Below are positions 58,846 to 64,000 of a stretch of DNA of 64,000 bases, one piece after another. Made by a program: the position numbers and the translations under genes. The notes under the pieces are model-generated. The model searched no databases and had not been told where the DNA came from. It saw only the letters and a program-made list of their open reading frames with translations. Position 1 is the stretch's first letter, and every line of letters begins with the position of its first letter. Origin of the DNA: Lepidodermella squamata (Eukaryota; Animalia; Gastrotricha); the NCBI GenBank assembly GCA_047495785.1, contig JBLDXI010000032.1, positions 1,674,001 through 1,738,000 of the forward strand, given 5' to 3'.

Positions 58846-59644
58846 CTCACGGGCACGCTGTTGACCATTTACTACAGCAACAACCCAAGCACACATAAAC
58901 GCCCTAAAATATTGTTGTTTTAGCTTACGCCCTTGAGATACCAAGCAGTTGATAAACCCCCAGCCTACACTATTACCAATGTTTCTCGGTATATCGCTTG
59001 ATAAAGTTCTGGATAAGAGACTTTGTAATAATGTTCTGCGAACTAATTACAGATTGCGAAATCGGTCCTGACTCAGACAAATGCGTAAATTTCGGCTAAT
59101 GAGAACCAGATTAAAAAAGAATGATGCATCTTAAGGTTAAGGGTCTGATGAAAACATTTTTTATTAATTTTAAATATAAAATTACAACCGTTTTGAAGAG
59201 CATGCTCCCCTGAGTGTAGTTATCTATGATATATATGCCGTATCGTATGAAGCAACCAGTCCCAAAAGACAATTGAGATAACTCATTTGGCAATTGCCCT
59301 TTGATTGGGCCAATTTAATAAACTTTGGAATACTTGTTTCCCATTGAGATATATACCAGTGAGTAATAAGCTCGTGAAAAAAAATAAACTGATGCTGAAG
59401 ATACATCTGGTCCAATACCATTTAGACAAGAAATAATCTTTGATTCTTAAGTGGGGTATGAATTTTCCCTGTCTTGCGATGTACTCATTTCCTTCTTTCA
59501 TGAAGGACTGCTCTTTATCGCAGTGCTACTGGTTTTATCGCAAAAGTACTAATGACAGTGGAAAAAAACAAAGATAACAATTGATAGTAATTAGCTCCAC
59601 ATCCAAGCGAGCAGATTGTAAAACGCGAGCAGACTTGCGTCGTA

Positions 59645-62067
59645 ATGGCTGACGCGGACGAACCCTTCCTCGAGCACAGGCTCTATCTCACAGGAAAGGC
59701 CTACCCGAAATCAACAAGTATGAAGCAGCAAATTACAAATTTATTAGGAATCACGAACGTTTCCTTTCAGAGAATCGCGTGGTTATCGTCTCCTTCATTA
59801 TCTTCGGCATTGTCGCTGCGTTGGTTGCCAGTTTGTTTCTGATAGCCTTTTTCTTGGGAATAGTCAATACAGAACTGAGCGCTCATAATTCACTACTCCT
59901 ACTACCTAAGGAATCATTAGATAGGATATGCCAATACGAAGGCTGCTCGAAACATCTGCAAGAAAGAGTGCTCGCAAACGTCAACTTCTCCGTCGATCCC
60001 TGCGACAACTTCTACGAATTCGCATGTGGCAAATTCCCATCACGAGACAGCGAATTCATATGCGAAAACGAACCATGGGATGGGCAAAATAGATTCTCAG
60101 CAAAGTCGGTATTTCTGCAAATTTTAGGTCTGTTGATTGGTTTTATCAGTATTTTCCTTAAATTGCTTCTCTCAGCGAATGATTCCTCGTTAAGATGGGC
60201 TGTCGATCGAAAACTGAGAGACTTCAACGAGGCCTGCGTTAAGGCTGTCACATGGCAAGACAACATGCCGTATCTCAGGTCAATAGTCGACGCTTTGGGA
60301 GGTTTCAATCCTGAAGAACCATTGCCGCTGCAAGATATCGTCGAGAGAAGCCTGGATTTCAGCCACAGCCAAATATTCTCCCTAACTTCTTACACGTTTG
60401 AAATGTTCAACATGCCAGCCGAGGATGCTACTACGGCAGCTGCTCAGCAGGAAAAGGGCGTTGGCCTACACGTGCAGCCAGTGCACTTCAGTGGTAATAA
60501 ATCAAACATGACACTTCGAAATTTCTATGTTCATTTCAATTTATCTCAATATCGAGATTTGCTCATGTCTGCCGTTCGAAATTCAAGTGGCGCACTGGTA
60601 GCAGAGTACCTCCAATGGAGTAAATCAGAGTTTCCGCCCTGGTCAAAGAGAGAAGAATTATTGACGCAACTTGGCGGACTGTCTCGCAATGAATTGGCTG
60701 AAATGGAGCGATTAGAGCGTGACATTGCTGAAGCTCAAACGAACCTCAGGACACAACTTGATTTACAAGAGTTCCATCAATTTTCACCCATACCGAAGTC
60801 ATTATCAGAGTTCCAGTCAGAGTGCTGCTCCATCTTAAACTGGACATCTATCATACACTCATTTGCAGGGAAGATCAACGTGAATGCGGATAATTTCACC
60901 CACTTATGGTCGAGTGAGATAGAATGCAAAAAATTTGCAGCAATTTGCGGTGTCATCCAACAAGAGTTGCTTAGCGAAACAGGTCGTAGAATTCTTCACA
61001 ATTTCATGATTCAGAGAAGCCTCCCTGGTATGGCTTTCAAGTTACCGCCTAGTTGGGACGACATTCCCCTCTCTATGCAAGAAGTTGGCAAGACAGAATG
61101 TATCGACGAGATGTCATCAACTTGGTGGTTTGCGATTTCGTCCCTACTACAGCGAAATACTGTGTCAGATGAGACTATAAGAGACGCGACTGAAATTGCC
61201 CACCAAATTAAAAAGAAATTTCGCGAAAAGATGAATGAATCAAAGCTATTGAACAGCACCGCGAAAGATTGGATGTTGGAGCAGATTGATGCTATAAAAA
61301 TTCTGATTGGTCCACCAAGTTGGGTGATGGTCGAAGCTGCTCTCGAGGCGTACTACGACGACCTAATAGTCAGCAGCTCAAGCCGACTGGCAAATGATCA
61401 CAGCGAATGGAAGTTTAAAATGAAGCATTTATTCCTCCAAAATGAAGATGAGCCCAGCTTTTTCAAAGAAATGAAGCCCCTCGACAAAAACGCTGGTTAC
61501 TTCATGGATAGAAACACTATTGTAGTGTCCCTGCCAATATTAGTCCCGCCGATGTACTATCCCTTTCCGCGGAATGAGACAAACCCACGCTTTATGAATT
61601 ACGAAAGACTAGGCGCGGTTATTGGCCACGAAATCGGTCATATGTTCTTCCGACTAGCTGAGAACGATAATTCTTTCAACGATGCTTTCTTGGGTACAAG
61701 GCAGCAATGTCTAGTTGAATTTTATCAGAACGTAAGCGCCAATCATGGGTGTGGCTCATTGAGTGGCGACACTTTCGACGAAAATTTGGGTGACAACTGC
61801 GGCCTGCAACTCGGCTACCAGGCGTTTCTAGATGAACAAGCTGGTTCCGGGGTCGTCGATTCGGCAGATTTTCATCTCATGGAGAAAATTTTCTTTGTTT
61901 CATATGCTCAAATGTTTTGCAAGGCGAACTTTGTTCTGGCTCCTCAGCACAGCCCGTTGTGGCTGCGTGCTAAAGGGCCTATTGCTAATAGCCCTGATTT
62001 TGCTAGAGTTTTCAATTGCCCCGTCGGTTCAGTGATGAACCCGGCTAAAAAGTGCTTGCTATGGTGA
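59645..62067 (+). CDS. M13 neprilysin-like peptidase NEP-6
   Basis: Exons 59645-59717, 59771-60127, 60176-62067. TM anchor, DPCDNFYEFACG, IGHEIGH, ENLGD, HSP, CLLW*. Confidence 0.92.
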
Positions 62068-62417
62068 GAAAAATAATACAACAGGAAATGCGTAATGAGT
62101 GTGCACAAATCATCTTTCAACTCGTTTCTTAAGTGTGGGTCGAAAAAGTAACGCTATTTGTAAACAGTCGAATACATGTAACAGAGCTGGAGCGTCTACT
62201 GTATCGATATATAGACAGAATTAGGATAAGACTCGTCTAAGATAATTTTCCATCAGCTATGTCTTGTTTCTCAGGTCAATTCGAGAACTGCGCCATTTTG
62301 AGGTGCACCCTCACGGACGAACAAGGGGAAAGACGTCTTAATTTAAGTAACAAAAAATACAAATTTATTCGTCATTCTCTCAAGTTTTATTTTCTACCAG
62401 GAAAAGCTGTTAAAATC

Positions 62418-64000
62418 ATGCTGACTATCGTTCCAGTGCTAATGCTCGCTGTTATTGCCGTAGCAGCTAGCTTGCCAAGCCGGTCTCACAAGAACAGCTT
62501 TGTTCTGATCTCTGAAAAATCACATTTAACGATTTGCCAAGAAAAAGAATGCGAAAACTATGTTTCACGCGTTTACAGCTCGTTGGACACTTCTGTAGAT
62601 CCATGTGAAAACTTTTACGACTTCGCCTGTCCAAATAATGGGGCGTCCTATTGCTCTGATCAAAACCAACAAACAATCAACGCTAATCAGTTGTTTTTGG
62701 AGATTTTTGGTAGGTTTTGCTCCGAATCGATTTCAAAATTTAAAATCTTTCTGGTAGACAATGCTACGAATCTTGACTGGGAGACGGATAAGAAAGTGCG
62801 GATGGCTTTTGACGCTTGCGTAAACGATAATAAGTCTTTGGACGCCCATCTCCCTTTTATCAAGGTAATCGTTGAAGAAATGGGTGGTTTCGACACAAAA
62901 TTAACAATAGATACCCTCCAACATCGCATCGAACGGCTTCTCGCCTTCAACCAAGACCACATGTTCCGCCTAGCTTTTGACTTCACGCAAAACAACATGG
63001 CTGGGCTTGTTTTGGGCCGAGGTAACAATGAAGAGGATGATCGAATTTTCAAGAAATGGCGGCAGATCTCTGCAAAACTTAACGGCCCTGTTGAAGCAGA
63101 ACTGCAGGATGTAATCAAATTTTCGAACGAGCTCAGAAGTTATGGAGAGCAAAGCAAGTATACCGAAACTGTTTTGAAGGAACTGTCCTTTCATTACGTA
63201 CAAAAATGTTGCGCTCTACTGAGATGGCCGGCGATCATCGATGCATTCATTTCCCACATCAATTACAAAGCAACGAAAATTACGAAAGTCTGGACTAATT
63301 TCTACCAATGCGGGTACTTGAGGAACATGTGCCGGGTTATCGAGGAGACAATTATAACAGAAGAAGGACAGCAAACCATTCAAAACTACCTCGTCTTCAA
63401 GGCGATCGAAGTCGCCGTGCAAATGGATTTCAGTTCTCGGGAAGATACTGGGGAAAGCCGTAAGATCAGTTGCATAGGCGAAGTCGCGGAAATGCTGCCA
63501 TTCGCTGTTGGGTCAATAATGAAACGAAACGCTTTGAATAGCTCGAGGCTCAATGAGCTTAAAGATCTTGCGCTTCATCTCAAGAGCCAATTTTATAATG
63601 AGATCGCCTCATCGCCAAAGTTCAAGCGAACTGAAAAATCACACTTGAAAGACATGCTTGACACCTTGAAAATTGTGATTGGACCTCCGAACTGGACTGT
63701 GGAGCAGCGGCTATTGGACGAATTTCACTCGGATTTTCAAATCAAAACTAAAGATGATTGGTTGGAAGTTCTGTTGGAAGGCCGGAAATTTTACATGAAG
63801 ACATACTTGAGTTACGCCTATTTAAAAGAAAACGCTACTTTTCAGCCGCTTCAAGTGAATGCTAATTACGACCCTGTAACTCATACAATTAGCCTCTCTC
63901 TTCCTTTGGTACTGAAACTGCTCGGAAACCGCGATACAGCTTTTTCAAATGAGTTATTTCCGATATTGTATGGAAAGTTAGGATTCATTGTTGGTCGCAA
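62418..64000 (+). CDS. Secreted M13-like protein NEP-7, probably catalytically inactive (runs off window end)
   Basis: MLTIVPVLMLAVIAVAA signal peptide, DPCENFYDFAC, intron 62710-62757, VNANY, then YGKLGFIVGR(K/N) where GxxIGHE is expected. Absent from the ORF track. Confidence 0.8.
   Translation, partial: MLTIVPVLMLAVIAVAASLPSRSHKNSFVLISEKSHLTICQEKECENYVSRVYSSLDTSVDPCENFYDFACPNNGASYCSDQNQQTINANQLFLEIFGRFCSESISKFKIFLVDNATNLDWETDKKVRMAFDACVNDNKSLDAHLPFIKVIVEEMGGFDTKLTIDTLQHRIERLLAFNQDHMFRLAFDFTQNNMAGLVLGRGNNEEDDRIFKKWRQISAKLNGPVEAELQDVIKFSNELRSYGEQSKYTETVLKELSFHYVQKCCALLRWPAIIDAFISHINYKATKITKVWTNFYQCGYLRNMCRVIEETIITEEGQQTIQNYLVFKAIEVAVQMDFSSREDTGESRKISCIGEVAEMLPFAVGSIMKRNALNSSRLNELKDLALHLKSQFYNEIASSPKFKRTEKSHLKDMLDTLKIVIGPPNWTVEQRLLDEFHSDFQIKTKDDWLEVLLEGRKFYMKTYLSYAYLKENATFQPLQVNANYDPVTHTISLSLPLVLKLLGNRDTAFSNELFPILYGKLGFIVGR

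Noticed and set aside
1-64000. Naming the host organism; tRNA/rRNA genes
   Set aside because: Gene content indicates an invertebrate animal but nothing is diagnostic of a taxon; no structured RNA gene was recognisable by eye.

Overview
Compact invertebrate-animal genomic DNA with short spliceosomal introns (mostly 48-57 nt); it is not prokaryotic. Host genes: the 5' part of a GABA-B-like class C GPCR, seven divergent M13 (neprilysin-like) peptidase genes in two clusters, two tandem astacin-like multidomain genes, an ankyrin-repeat gene, an intronless DUF4291 gene, a G-protein gamma subunit, and two tandem Zasp/PDLIM-like ZM-motif genes. Mobile DNA is dense and nested. An apparently intact 6.3-kb CACTG-terminated EnSpm/CMC-type transposon sits inside a foldback element, which sits inside a Gypsy-like remnant, and this block separates the two copies of a 3.3-kb duplication. 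There are also Ginger-, MULE-, Tc2- and Tc1-type MITEs. The most striking signal is loss of catalytic residues in otherwise intact metallopeptidase genes. Both astacin paralogs replace HExxHxxGxxH with the same RLIGNALGLPNE, lack a propeptide, and carry EGF-CUB-kringle-Cys-rich-C-type lectin modules. One secreted M13 has R(K/N) in place of HE, and two M13s have Asp at the third zinc ligand. All gene models were read by eye; no database search was run.
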